Assembly: GCF_009914755.1 (NCBI RefSeq)
Contig: NC_060947.1
DNA: 64,000 nucleotides
Reading direction: 5' to 3' (one strand)
DNA from: the human T2T-CHM13v2.0 reference genome, Homo sapiens
The position numbers and the translations under genes are program-made. This document shows positions 1-18,963 of the stretch, in pieces. Below the pieces are notes generated by a model. The model was not told the DNA's origin and ran no database searches. It was given only the letters and a program-made list of their open reading frames with translations. Within the stretch, counting starts at the first letter, position 1; the number at the start of each line of letters is the position of its first letter.

Positions 1-2497
1 TAAGATGTCAATTCACTCCTAATTGATTTATAGTTACAGCACAACCCCGATCAAAGTCCTAGCTGGCTTTTTCTGTAGAAATTGACAAGCTGATTCTAAA
101 GTTCATATGGAAATTGAATAAAATAGCCAAAACAACTTTTACAAAGAGCATTAGGGGGATAATACTACCTGATTTCAATTTTTACTGTAAAGCTACAATA
201 TTCAAGACAGTGTGGTATTGATCAATGAAACAGAATAGAGTCCATAAACAGACCCACAACGTATATGGGCAAGTTATTTTCAACAAATATTCAAAAGCAA
301 TTCAGCTTTTTGAGGAACCTCCATACTTCTTTCCATAGTGAGAGCACCAGTTTATATTGCCACCAACAGTCTCCACATCCACGTCAATACCTGTTATTCA
401 TCCTTTTGACAATAGCCATTCTAACAGCTGTGAGGTGATATTTCACTGTGGTTTTAATTTGCATTTCCCCTGATGATTAGAGATTTTCAACATTTTTTAA
501 TATATTTGTTGGGGATTTGTATCTCTTCTTTTGAGAAATGCCTGCTCAGATTCCTTTCCCCTCTCTGGGTATATATTCAAAGGAATTGAAATCAGTATGT
601 TAAAGAGATATCTGCACTCCAGTGTTTATTTCAGCATTATTCATAGTAGTCAAAACGTGGAAGCAATCTAAGAATCCATCAATGAATGAATGGATAAAGA
701 AAATGTAGTACATATACACAATGAAATACTATACAACCTTAAAAAAGAAATTCTGTCATTTGCATCCATGACAACATGGAAAGAATTGGAGGAAATTATG
801 CTAAGTGAAATAAGCCAGACATAGACAATACTGTATGATCTCACTTATATGTGGAATCTAAAAAAGTCAATCTCATAGAAACAGAAAGTAGAAAAATGGT
901 TATCAGAGGCAGGGGAAGGAGGAGGAAGCATGGGGAAAGTGAGGATGTTGATCAAAGGGTCCAAAGTTTCAGTTAGACTGGAGAATAAATTTTAGTGACC
1001 TATTGCACAGCATGGTGACCGCAGCTAATAGTGTATATTTCAAAACTGCTAAAATAGATTTTTAGAATTCTCACCACAAAAAAAAGATAAGTTGGTGAGG
1101 TGATGGATACGTTATTTATCTTGATTAAATCTTTCTATAATGTATACATAGACGCAAACCTCACATTGTATCCCACAGATATGCACAATTATTATTTGTC
1201 CATTTAAAAAATTTAAAGGCAATTCAGTGGAGAAAGGGTAGCTTTTTTCAACAATGGTGCTGGAACAACTGGACATCCATGTGAACTAAGATCCATACCT
1301 AATACCATCTACAAAAATTAATTCAAAATGCATCATAGACCTAAATGTAAAATCTGGAGCTAGAAAATTTCCAGAACTTTGGCAAAAACCTTTGTGACCT
1401 TGGGTTAAGCCAAGATTTTTTAGATATGACACGAAAAGCATGGTCCACAAAAAGACAAATTAAGAAGTTGAACTTGATCAAAATTGAAAAGAAACAACTC
1501 TTCTATAAAAGACACTGTTGACAGAATGAAAAAAGAAACTACAGACCGGTAGAAAATATGCAAAAATCATATCTAATATTAAAAAACTTGCATACAGAAT
1601 AAAGAACCTTCAAATCTCAATAACAAGAATATGAACAACAAATTAAAAAAAAAAGGTAAACTATTTGAACAGACACCACCAAAGAAGTTACATCAAAGAA
1701 GCATGGCAAACAAGCACATGAAAAGATTATCAACATCATTAGTCATTAGGGAAATGCAAATCAAAGCCACAATGAGATAACACTACAATGTACTAGAATA
1801 CCTAGCACTAAAAGGAATAATTATAGTAAGTTTTTGCAAGGAACTACAACTCTGATATGCTGCTACTGTGAATGAAAAATGGTACACTCATTTTCGAAAA
1901 TAATTTGGCAGTCTTTTAAAAAGTTAAACATACACCTACCATATGATCCGGCCATTCCACTCCTAGGTATTTACTCAAGAGAAATGAAAGCATATGTCCC
2001 TACAAAGACTTGTACATTAATATTCATAGCAGATGTATTAGTTATTAACTAAAAATAGAAACAACCCAAAAGTCCATCAACAAGTGAAGTGATAAACCAG
2101 TACATCCATACACTGGAATACTACCCAGCCATAAAAAGGAATGAATGTACTACAATATGATATGCATAACAATATGGATGAATCTCAGAATAACTATATC
2201 CAAGCGAAAGATGCCACACAAAAAAGTATGCACTGTATTATTCCATTTATATAAAAGTCTATAAAATGAAAATGAATCTGTAGTGATAGAATGCAGATCA
2301 GTGTTTGCCTAGGGATGAGATTGGAGGGAGGGCAGAAAGGACAATTGGGTACAAGAGAACTTTTAGGGATGATAAGTATATTCCTTATTGCTTTTATGGT
2401 AATGTTTTCACAAAACATGTCAATATTTATCAAATTGTACACTTTAAATATGCACAGTTTATTGTATGTCAGTGATACCTCAATAAAGCTATTAAAA
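1..2497 (+). mobile_element. Old L1M (L1MC/ME-like) LINE: ORF2 3' part plus 3' UTR, interrupted at 306-1214 by a younger L1
   Basis: L1 ORF2-type sequence (gaaattgacaagctgattctaaagttcatatgg; ttttcaacaatggtgctggaacaactggacatcc; ccatatgatccggccattccactcctaggtat) ending in tacctcaataaagctattaaaa. Confidence 0.85.
306..1214 (+). mobile_element. 5'-inverted L1MA-type insertion (306-~560 antisense, ~561-1214 sense 3' end)
   Basis: Antisense L1 (tttgaggaacctccatac...gagaaatgcctgctcagat) joined to a sense L1MA 3' UTR; flanked by aa[a/g]gcaattcag at ~293-305 and ~1215-1227. Confidence 0.8.
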
Positions 2498-2529
2498 TTA
2501 GTCATGTGCCTTGACAAACTGCAGTATCT

Positions 2530-2890
2530 CTAGTTTACTCCCTTTTTGTGAACAAGAATACAAAGACAGGAATACAGTCAAGGCTCAGGAATGGTTTGGA
2601 ATCAGGGACTAGAGTGCCGGCAGGACTATCTCTGTCTCTTTTCTGCACAGTACCAGGAAATCTACTTCATCATTCTCTTTTATCACAGAAGAGGATTTTA
2701 TGCTTTCCAGGCTGCATGATAGGACTCAGTTGGTCACATATCCCTGGGTTTTATCTCCTCTATTCAACAGACCAGACAGACTGAGGCTGAAATCTCTGAA
2801 ACCTAACTCTATATTCCACTGGAGGCTCTCTGACTGGCCATTTTGGTATCAGGTACCCAGTTCTGGATCAATGAACCAATCTCTGGCCTA
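2530..2890. mobile_element. Degenerate MaLR (MLT1-like) LTR fragment
   Basis: tctgactggccattttggtatcaggtacccagttctggatcaatg resembles the MLT1 motif tctgattggcccagcttgggtcaggtgccc. Confidence 0.4.
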
Positions 2891-2950
2891 GATTGAATCT
2901 AAACTAGATGGAGAAAGTCTTAGCCTAGCTGTTAAGAATTTGGGAAAACA

Positions 2951-3100
2951 AGCTGGGCATGGTAGCTCACACCTATAATCCCAGCTAGCAGGGAGGCTGA
3001 GGCAGGAGGATCACTTGAGGCTAGGAATTGGAAACCACCCTGAGCAACACAGCAAGACCCTGTCACAATAATAATAATAACACTAATAATAATAATAACT
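2951..3100 (+). mobile_element. FLAM / free Alu monomer with (TAA)n tail
   Basis: gctgggcatggtagctcacacctataatcccagc...gcaagaccctgtc followed by an AAT-rich tail. Confidence 0.8.
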
Positions 3101-3677
3101 TGAGGATATAGTGGTCATGACTTCAAGTCAGTATTGAGGCTTCAGTTAGCTCCAAGAAGGCTTTTGTTATTTGCAACCAAAAGAGTTCTAACAAAATCAC
3201 CTAGCATTTGTAATGGAGATATCAGGCAAAAGCTAGAGACATCAAGTAGGCAACCACAATTTCTAAGGTCTCACCAAAAGACCTCCTGAGGCCTCCTCTT
3301 GCTATAAAAACGTATTTCATGGTCCTCATTGTAAACTCAAATTCTACCATATTTAGTAGAATACATAACAGGGGCATCCAGAAATTTAAGAAAAAGGAAG
3401 CCTCCTATCTTCTGTTGTCACCCTACCACATAGTTTTCCACCCATGCTCTGAAGTTAGGACCGTTAAATAGAGAACAATGGGAAAGACTAGCTTTTAATC
3501 AAATTGAACAAAGGGCATATCATTCTCATTATAAGTAGCTACACTGTTGTAAGTAGCAAGAAATCTGGGATGCCACTTAATACAAGAGGGGTCATTGCTC
3601 CCCTCACACAACACCCTAGGAACACAGAAAATGACATGGACAATGTTGGAGTTCAGGGGGTTATTTTATTATTTTTA

Positions 3678-4086
<409 letters not shown>

Positions 4087-4331
4087 TCAAGTGAGCCTCC
4101 CTCCCCTGCCTCCCGAGTAAAGAAAATGCCATTTTATTGTCCATACATTAGAGATTTTACTAAATACCACTCATAAATTACAGTGACATCATATTATACC
4201 AAATGTTAAGAATTCTATAGAAAAAAAATGAAAATTATAAAGGGTTTGCATTGCACATGAAACACCAGCAGTTATATTACTGACCAGTCAGAAGAGAGAT
4301 AGGCAGCAAGAGCTGCTTACTGAGTATATAA

Positions 4332-4646
<315 letters not shown>

Positions 4647-4879
4647 AGAACTGAACACATTTTTAAAATAAAACAATATTCTGTCTACATTTGTGAAGAT
4701 TTGGAACCACAGAATGTTTTTAAGAAAAAAAAATTACATTACTTTCAAGTATATAGAGAAATGCAAATTAGGCTAAGAGTTCATAGAAACCCTTAATAGA
4801 CCCGCTATACTAATCAGAAAGATAATCAGCCAAGTAAGGTATCCAAGTCTTCTCATATATTGTTTCCTGTAAGGACACT

Positions 4880-5180
4880 ATTCCCCAGCCCTATTTGCCT
4901 AGACAACTTCTACAAGTCTTCAAGTCTCAGCTTAGTGCTTTTCTCCAGAAGACCTTTCCTGATACCTTAGACTAGAATGAGTATTTCTGTAATATTCACA
5001 AAGCACCCTGTACTCCTCAAATCATAATGTCATCCTGTTAATGTAAACCATTATTTATCTTCTTGCTAGAATGTAAGCCCCATGAAGACCAGGTCTGTCT
5101 TGTTCCGTTACTGAATCCCAGTGTCTGAAACAAAGCCTGTCACATTGGGACTGCACAAATAAATATTGTTGACTTAATTT
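4880..5180 (+). mobile_element. L2 3' end
   Basis: ctagaatgtaagccccatgaagaccagg...aataaatattgttgac. Confidence 0.65.
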
Positions 5181-5929
5181 ATTAACTCAAATCACTAAAG
5201 AATTACGTTGTGTGATGGACTAACTATATTAGCATACCAACTGTACCTAAAAGAGGACATCAACAGTATTTATTCTTCTAAGTTCTTTATACTCTCCTGA
5301 TACAATCTTGTCTATAATACTGATGTTCTTGGCAATGCTTTTATTTTTCCACAGATAGGGCAAAATCTCAGTTTCTGTCTAAATATTCTCAGATTCTCAA
5401 CTAGTGAAGTACACATTAATGAAGCTATACTGCATCCTGATTAGATTATTCTTGAAACTTCATAACAACCACTTCATTTCAGGGATTAAAAAGTTTCAGA
5501 ATGTGATATGTCTACTCAACATGAATGATTTTAACTATGCAACTCTTTTTGATTCAGGCCCTGTGTACCTTAGCCGCCTAAATACAGAATTTTGGTATAA
5601 ATCCCACATTCATACATTCAAGATACAGGAAATTACATTTCAATGGCATTTGTAATTTATTGGCACTTTTAGTAAAATTGTTTTTTTTACAACTGTTTCC
5701 TTACATTATAAATTATATCCAGCCAGAGGCTGCTCTTTAAGTATCCACACTCATCTTGCCCAACGTCAACACTATGCTAATTAGAAGTGTAGCCTCATTT
5801 GAGTGTCGGAAAGGTCCTGAACTCTTCCAGGCCTCCCATCTCACTCCTCACCCCAACCTGCTCACCAATCAGTACTTGTCGTTCTTGGGTTTGACATCTA
5901 CTGATATTTCCTTCATTATTCTTAATAAT

Positions 5930-6180
5930 GGGAATAATGAGTTGACTTTATTATTTATTAAGTGCAATGATATGGCAGATACTGTACTCAGCCCTTTAAA
6001 AACATTATCTCATTTAGTCCTTGAAACAATCCAGTGAGGTAGATGCCGTTAATGTTCCCACTTCATAGAGATGAGATCTGAAGCACAGGAAGTTACATAA
6101 CTTCCTTAAGGTTTCACAAGTATTAAGAGACAGAGATGGGCTTCAATCCTGGGCAGGGAAGCTCCAGAGCCTATGCTACA
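5930..6180 (-). mobile_element. MIR
   Basis: ctcatttagtccttgaaacaatccagtgaggtag...cccacttcatagagatgag, antisense MIR core. Confidence 0.65.
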
Positions 6181-6529
6181 ACATTTTTATGAAAATGTTA
6201 GTATATTGGTGTCACTCAGGGGAGGGCTTTCCCTCACCTTCCACCTTGCTCTGGCCTTCTCAGTGAAACAGGAAAAATTAATAAATTATATTACTTTTAC
6301 TCAAGATAATTCGGTATAAACATAGCCAATGGAACATCTATCTTTTTTCAATGTAAGTTTCATCATCATTCCTCTTCCTAATCTCTACCTATGCTCTATG
6401 TATTTGAAAATTACTATGGAAGATTCTCTTTACAACATGAAAATTATATATAGAATATCAATTTATCCCCACATTCCTTGTTATTGACAGCTCTTTTTTC
6501 CATGTTCAAACTTAACATTTAAAAACTGA

Positions 6530-7086
6530 GGCCGGGAACAGTGGCTCATGCCTCTAATCCCAGCATTTTGGGAGGCTTAGGTGGGTGGATCACTGGAGGC
6601 CAGGAGTTTGAGACCAGCTTGGCTGACATAGTGAAACCCCGTCTCTACTAAAATTACAAAATTTAGCTGGGCATGGTGCTGGGTGCCTGTAGTCCCAGGC
6701 ACTCAGGAGGCTAAGGCAGGGAAGAACTTGAACCCAGGAGGCAGAGGTTGTGGTGAGCCGAGATCGCACCACTACATTCCAGCCTGGGCAATAGAGCGAG
6801 ACCCTGTCTCAAAAATAAAAATAAAAACTGAGTTATGCCAGGCGTGGTGGCACATGCCTGCAATCCCAGCTACTCAGGAGGCTGAGGCGGGAGGATTGCT
6901 TGAGCCCAGGCATTCAAATCCAGCCTGGGCAACAGAGCAAGACCTAGTCTACACTAAAAATAAAAAACAAAAATAGCATGGCATGGTGGCATGCACCTGT
7001 AGCCCCAAGTAGTTGGGAGGCTGAGGTAGGAGGATCATTTGATCATTTTCACTCCAGCCTGGGAAAATGAGTGAGACCCTGTCTTC
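6530..7086 (+). mobile_element. Two tandem Alus (AluS 6530-6826; AluJ-like 6836-7086 with internal deletion)
   Basis: Two consecutive Alu dimers; followed by a (GATA)n-like tract to ~7140. Confidence 0.85.
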
Positions 7087-7289
7087 AGATTGATGGATGG
7101 ATAGATAGATAGGTAGATAGATAGATATTTAATAGATAGATTTTAATTTTAAAAAATAATGTTAATTTTAAAAAATTATATGAATAAAGAGTGTTAAATT
7201 TTTGAGTTGGAAAGAACCTTAAAGATGATCCAACCTCTTTATCTTGCAAGTGAAGATCTCTGGATCAACACTCAGTATGCCAGGCATTT

Positions 7290-8220
<931 letters not shown>

Positions 8221-8339
8221 GTGATGCTAAAATCTTAAGTCTGAGTACAACAATAGTTATACTTATCACTAGTTTTCATTTGTGTACAGAATTGACCGGT
8301 TATGAGTTGAGTTTATTATCAATATTTTAAGAAAACAAT

Positions 8340-8773
8340 GCTGCCTGTGACATCCCGCCCCGGGGGCTAAAAGTGTCTGCCACCTTCATCCGCAACAGCA
8401 CGGCCATCCAGGAGCTGTTCAAGCGCTCTCCGAGCTGTTCACCGCCATGTTCCGGCGCAAGGCGTTCCTGTACTGGTACACGGGTGAGGACATGGAGTTC
8501 ACCGAGGCCGAGAGCAACATGAACGACCTGGTGTTCAAATACCAGCAGTACCAGGATGCCACGGCCGAGGAGGATGAGTTCAAGGAGGGGGCCGAGGAGG
8601 AGATGGCCTAGAGCCTCCAGTCACCCGGGAAAGCAGGGAAGCAGTGTGAACTCTTTATTCACTCCCAGCCTGTCCTGTGGCCTGTCCTGCTGTGTGTGCA
8701 CTTGCTGTTTTCCCTGTCCACATCCCATGCTGTACAGACACCACCATTAAAGCATTTTCATAGTGAAAAAAAA
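8340..8773 (+). pseudogene. TUBB4BP: 5'-truncated processed pseudogene of beta-tubulin TUBB4B (TUBB2C)
   Basis: Translates to [27 protein letters not shown] / [59 protein letters not shown] (stop 8609-8611), resembling the TUBB4B tail EEEGEFEEEAEEEVA. 1-nt frameshift near 8426, 9-nt deletion in GEGMDEME, TUBB4B-like 3' UTR, ATTAAA at 8746-8751, A-run at 8766-8773. Confidence 0.92.
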
Positions 8774-10187
8774 TCAGTTAATCAGTTTCATAGTGAAAAA
8801 AAGTCAGTGAAATAAAAATCAGTTATCTAGTTAACTAACTAGTTATCTAGTTAAAATTTTCTGTCCTATCCGCCTAGGATGACCCTCCTACATAACTATT
8901 ATTATTTATTTCTCATGTATTCTTTCAGAATTTATATTTTTTATTTGAGAGCTAAATCAGCAAAACCATATTTTTATGGTTTTTGAAGTAGCGAATGGGG
9001 CAAAATGGGGAAGATATGAGGGCATTTGTTAAAAGAGAACAATTTCTGCATAGCGTGTTTGCTACTGGGTTTTATTAAGTAACTGAAGATGTATTTATTA
9101 AGTCCCTTCTCAAGCATGATCCTAGGTGCTGGCTATAAATGTATTCCATATAAGAACATTATCAATATACTATGGTGAAACCAAAAGTAGGTTTTAATGG
9201 ATAACTTTAATTTCATATGTAATAAAACAATTTTTATAAATGCAATATTCTCTAATCAAGAAATCCAAATTTTCTACTGAATATGTTAAAGGAAAGTGAA
9301 CATTTAGAAAACAACTGATCAAATACAAACAGCTGGAAAGAGTAAATGAGAAGTTAAAAGAAAAATACAGGAAACTTGGGAAAATAGCTTTAGTCATTAG
9401 CTTTCAGCCACCAGGAAGATGTCCAACCAAAACTAAGATTTAAATGCCTTCAGGGAAAAAGTTTCAATATTTAGCAGTTTAGTTACTAAGAGAGTATCTG
9501 GCCTAAATTCACAATAGAGTCACTCATATTTTAGGTTACCTCATACTAATTCATTTCTCAAGCTTTTAACTACATTGGTGATATGATGGACACAAAAACA
9601 TTTTAAAACAAAGACCACACAGGACTTTTAATATTAATCTGTATTGGGCTAGCAAACTAAATACTGTATGTCCTGATAGAAATCATAACGCAAAGCAACT
9701 ACATAACATCATGCTGCACACAATGCCAGAAGAAAGGTTTGGTCAATCATGAGAGATCACCACTCGCATTTATGTATCCATGCATTCCCCTCCTGGTCGT
9801 GTGAAAGAGCTTTCACAACTGAATCAGTTCAAGTAGGTCCACAATGTCTTTAAATATCCTTCAGGGTTCAGCATCTCATTCTCAAGTGATACTTTTCCAC
9901 CCATTTTTGTGAGTATACTGAAGTTTTTTTTTCCTTTTTTGATAGAATTGCAAGGAGAAATATGGTCAAATTTTGATATCAAAAGCAAGCAGGTTTTTAA
10001 AGTAGATTTTTTTTAAATGTACTTCATCTGAAGTTTCCCAACTCTGCTACTTTTTTCTATTATCCTTATAGAACCAGATTGTTGGGAGGTAGAGATACTA
10101 TTAATGGAATAGTTTGGATGGAATACAACATAAGCAAGTGATGCCTTTCAGTGGAGTGAAATTCAGGTAAACTTTATATTACACAAT

Positions 10188-10231
10188 TGTATTAGTCAGG
10201 GTTCTCCAGAGAAATACAACCAATAGGGGAA

Positions 10232-10278
<47 letters not shown>

Positions 10279-10811
10279 CACAGAGAGAGAGAGGGAGGGA
10301 GAGAGAAACTTATTTTTAAGGAATTGGCTCACCTGATTGTGGAGGACGGAAGGCTGGAGACCCAAGAAAGGGTTGCTATTGAAGCTCCAGTGGAAGGCAG
10401 TCTGTTGGCAGAGTCCTTCCGTCTTGGGAGGGTGGTAGTGAGTCTTTGCTTTATTAAGGTCTGTAGGTCAGATCATGTAAGCTGGAGTTCAAGGCAAGGG
10501 TTGAACCTCAAATTGAGGAACTGGAGTGAAAATCAAGAACCCAAAGCAGGAGGCTACTTCTTTAGACTGAGCAAACCAAGTCGGGGTTAGAAGGATAACT
10601 TGGAGTGAGTATGTTCAGGTTTCACTTCAGGTCTACAGATTGGATGAGGTCCACTCACATTGTGGAAGATATTCTACATTACTCAAAATCTACTGATTTA
10701 AATGTTAATCTCATTTTTAAAAATACCTACACAGCAACATCTAGAATAATGTTTAACTAAATATCTGGGTGCCAAGGCCTAGCCAAGCTGACACATAAAA
10801 TTAACTATCAG
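10188..10811. mobile_element. MLT2 (ERVL) solo LTR with (CA)n(GA)n tract and a ~170-bp non-LTR insert
   Basis: tgtattagtcagggttctccagagaaa...gattggatgaggtccactcacatt...tgacacataaaattaactatca. Confidence 0.85.
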
Positions 10812-11111
10812 AACAACCAATCACCAACAAATATTTCTTGAGCAATAGAGATATTCCTGGAAAGTGGTACATACATATAATTTTTATAGATAGAAGCCCC
10901 ATGGGGCTTCATGCACTAATGTCTTTCCACCTGTAGTCCAGTCCTGCTAGTTTTTGAGGAATCCAAACAAAGGCAAACAACCCAATAAATGGTAGATTCA
11001 GCTACCCTATGCTTCACACCTGGGAGATTAATGGTCAGGTAACTGTTGCTCTTCTCAAGCTGGAAGACCTGAAGTGAAGCCTGAGCATACTGCTTTGAAC
11101 TTTGGACTCTT

Positions 11112-11436
11112 TATTATTTTCTTTTTAAAGTCAAGGACTTGCTCTATCTCGACTTGCTCTATCTCCAGGCTGGAGTGCAGTGGCATGACCATGGCTCACT
11201 GCAGCCTCGCCTTGAACTCCTGGGCTCAGGCGATCCTCCCACCTCAGCTTCTCAAGTAACTAGGACTACAGGCATGCACCAACATGTCTGGCCTTTTTTC
11301 TTTTTTTTTTTTTTTTTGAGAGACAGGGGTCTTGCTACGCTGCCTACACTGGTCTTGAACTCCCAGCCTCAAACATTCCTCCTGCCTTGGCCTCCCAAAG
11401 CACTGGGATTACAGGTATGAGCCACCGCACCTGGCC
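11112..11436 (-). mobile_element. AluJ
   Basis: Diverged dimeric Alu; TSD tgga[c/t]tctt at 11103-11111 and 11437-11445; internal 15-bp tandem duplication at 11136-11165. Confidence 0.85.
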
Positions 11437-12211
11437 TGGATTCTTGATTTTTCACTCCAGTTCCTCAATTTGAGGTTCAATCCCTGCCCTGAAGTCCAGC
11501 TTTTACCTGACTGGAGCCCAAATGCTCCCCTTCCCCCATGAATTGGTGCTGTTTCAACTTACCAACAGCAACTATTTACCCAACTCCAAACAACACTACA
11601 TGGATGTTCCTAAAGTCTAGAATTTACAACAGTTTAGCTGTTTAGAAAGCTTTCTCACCAAACACCACTCCCTTTGTTTCCTTGTCCTTGGGAGACAGTA
11701 TACAGACCCATTAGTTCTTTTAATTTTTTTTTTCCTTTTTCATGTTCTACCCCTTCTCCACTAGCCTGTGCCAGCTTGCACAGATTATGGAAGTATATGA
11801 AAAGGGAAAAAGGGAAAAATGAATGATCCAGTTGTGAAATGAACAATCTCACTTATCCATTCTGCAGGATCTGATTCCTGAATATCATATTTTCACAGAA
11901 CCAAGTACATCCATATTTGAGTGTGGATTCAGCTACACCTTCTAGAACAAAACTGAGAAGTATACACTATAAACAATACAAACGTGATATATTTCATAAG
12001 TCTTACTTTAATTCTATCACGAAGGGACTTTCTTTGTATGAGAATCACATATTCTAAAATTACGATCTTAACAGAAAAATGTACTACAAAAAAAGATTTT
12101 CAAAGGTGATTAATAAAATCATTGTAAATACATTTCTATACAATATTAAACCAGATTTGTCCAACAGTGCCTAGTTTGTAAATCAGACACCTATGAAAGA
12201 CACATTTTTAG

Positions 12212-12576
<365 letters not shown>

Positions 12577-12999
12577 TGAGGACTCAGACACATGGAAGAA
12601 GGCAAGAAGCCTAGTTGTCAGAAATGGTGAAACGATGTCAAGGCAACAACGATAACCCAATACTGAAACTCAGATGGCTAGTCTGGAACTGCCTGACTTG
12701 CCCCTGTCTAAAGTCAGGATTGGTCCAGGGACACAGGTGGGATTGGATCTGTGAGTGGGTGGCAAGCAAGTTAGTTCCTGTCTATGGAGGCAAGCAATGG
12801 GGCTATGAAACAGGTAGCACCTGACGGCAATTTCATCCAAAAAGGCAAACAGCTCTAGACATACAAATGAAGGGACATCTTGACTTTGGCACCCTGGAGA
12901 ATATGACGAATTGGGTTGAACCTTTGAGAATTATTACCCACAGCAAATACACCAGAACCTGGAGTAATCAAGTTGAACAGAAAATCCTTAGCAGCAGTT

Positions 13000-14550
<1,551 letters not shown>

Positions 14551-14635
14551 CACTTGTGCATAAGGATCAAATGGAAGGAAAAAAGAAATTGAAAGTTGTA
14601 ATCATGTCTGTAGATGAGATTGTAAAATGGTCTGA

Positions 14636-14971
<336 letters not shown>

Positions 14972-15851
14972 AAAGCTAAACTTCTTAAACCAAAATTGTG
15001 TTTAAAGAAAAACAGGACAGAGAAAGATGGAGTTTAGACTAATAAGAGAATCAGGGTGGAAGAGAGAGGGTTGTTGAATCCACTAAATCACGACGAAACA
15101 ACTAAGCAGGATTTTAAAGTTGCATGCACATGCGTGTGTGTGTGTGTACACACATGCATATTTGCATTTAACAGTCCTTCACTTTCCAGGTTTTTAATCA
15201 CTCCTAAGCTATTTTTGATGGGAAAAGAAAAATCTAGGAAAAAAAGGGAGAAAAAAATTAATAAGGATTCTTTTTAAAAATTGAGCAGCTAATGTATTTT
15301 TCTGACTCTGAGGCTCACACCATAGCAGTTTATAATAAAACAAACATTCAAGCTAAGAGCCTAGGATTTGAATCCAAAGTTGCTGATGTCAGAGAGTTTT
15401 TATCTTGAGTCTATGCCTACAAAATTCATTTGAAAAAAAAATGGTTTGCACAGAGACCATAACAAAGCCTAACTATGTTTGAAAGATGTTTTTTGTTTTT
15501 TGTTTTCATCTTGCGAGAAATGTAAGACCAAATTAAAGTTGCATATAGCACATGGATTGGGGTATTTGGCTTGTTTGTTTTTTATTTTTTGCTTCCTGTA
15601 TGACATTTATAGTTTCAAGATTTGTTATAAATTATTTTTTAGAAGAGCAAAACAACACTGAGACTTAACACCATAAATGTTTTCCTAGGGCACAAACACA
15701 CACATTTTTCATTATTATGTTGTTCAGAAATCCTAAATCTTTGACAGAGTAGCTATAGGTCATTAAGCAATTTGCCTCCCTATTCTGAGACTCAGTTTAG
15801 CATTTACAAAATGAGTTAGTTAAAATAGATAATGTCTAAGTTTCCTTTAAT

Positions 15852-18430
<2,579 letters not shown>

Positions 18431-18610
18431 TCTAAAACTTATCAATTTCTACGTAAACATTCGTATATTTTACAAATTGTTAAGCTGACAGAGTTGACAG
18501 CCTCTTCCTCCTCTATCCATTTTCTTAAAATAATTCACTGATGGCTGCCAACTCTTTTCTCCTTTTTGTTCCTCCTCTAGCATTGCTCCCCCAACAACTG
18601 AGCTCAGACT

Positions 18611-18614
<4 letters not shown>

Positions 18615-18656
<42 letters not shown>

Positions 18657-18891
18657 GTTGTTGTTGTTGTTGTTGCTGTTGCTCAGGCTGGAGTGCAATG
18701 GCACAATCTCAGCTCACTGCAACCTCCGCCACCAAGGTTCAAGCGATTCTCCTGGCTAATTTTTTGTATTTAGTAGAGACAGGGTTTCACCATGTTGGTC
18801 AGGCTGGTCTCAAACTCCTGACCTCAGGTGATCCACCTGCCTCAGCTTCCCAAAGTGCTGGGATTACAGGCGTGAGCCACCGCACCTAGCC
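18615..18891 (-). mobile_element. AluS with internal deletion and (TG)n(TTG)n tail
   Basis: Alu jumps from gcgattctcct to ggctaatttt; tail replaced by microsatellite. Confidence 0.85.
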
Positions 18892-18963
18892 AACTCTTCT
18901 TTCAAAGAAAGTCTGAATCGAAACTCAGACTCTTCTTTCTCTTGATTTAAAACATGGTTTCAA

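Noticed and set aside
8556-8750. 64-aa Arg-rich ORF
   Set aside because: Alternative frame of the tubulin pseudogene end and 3' UTR
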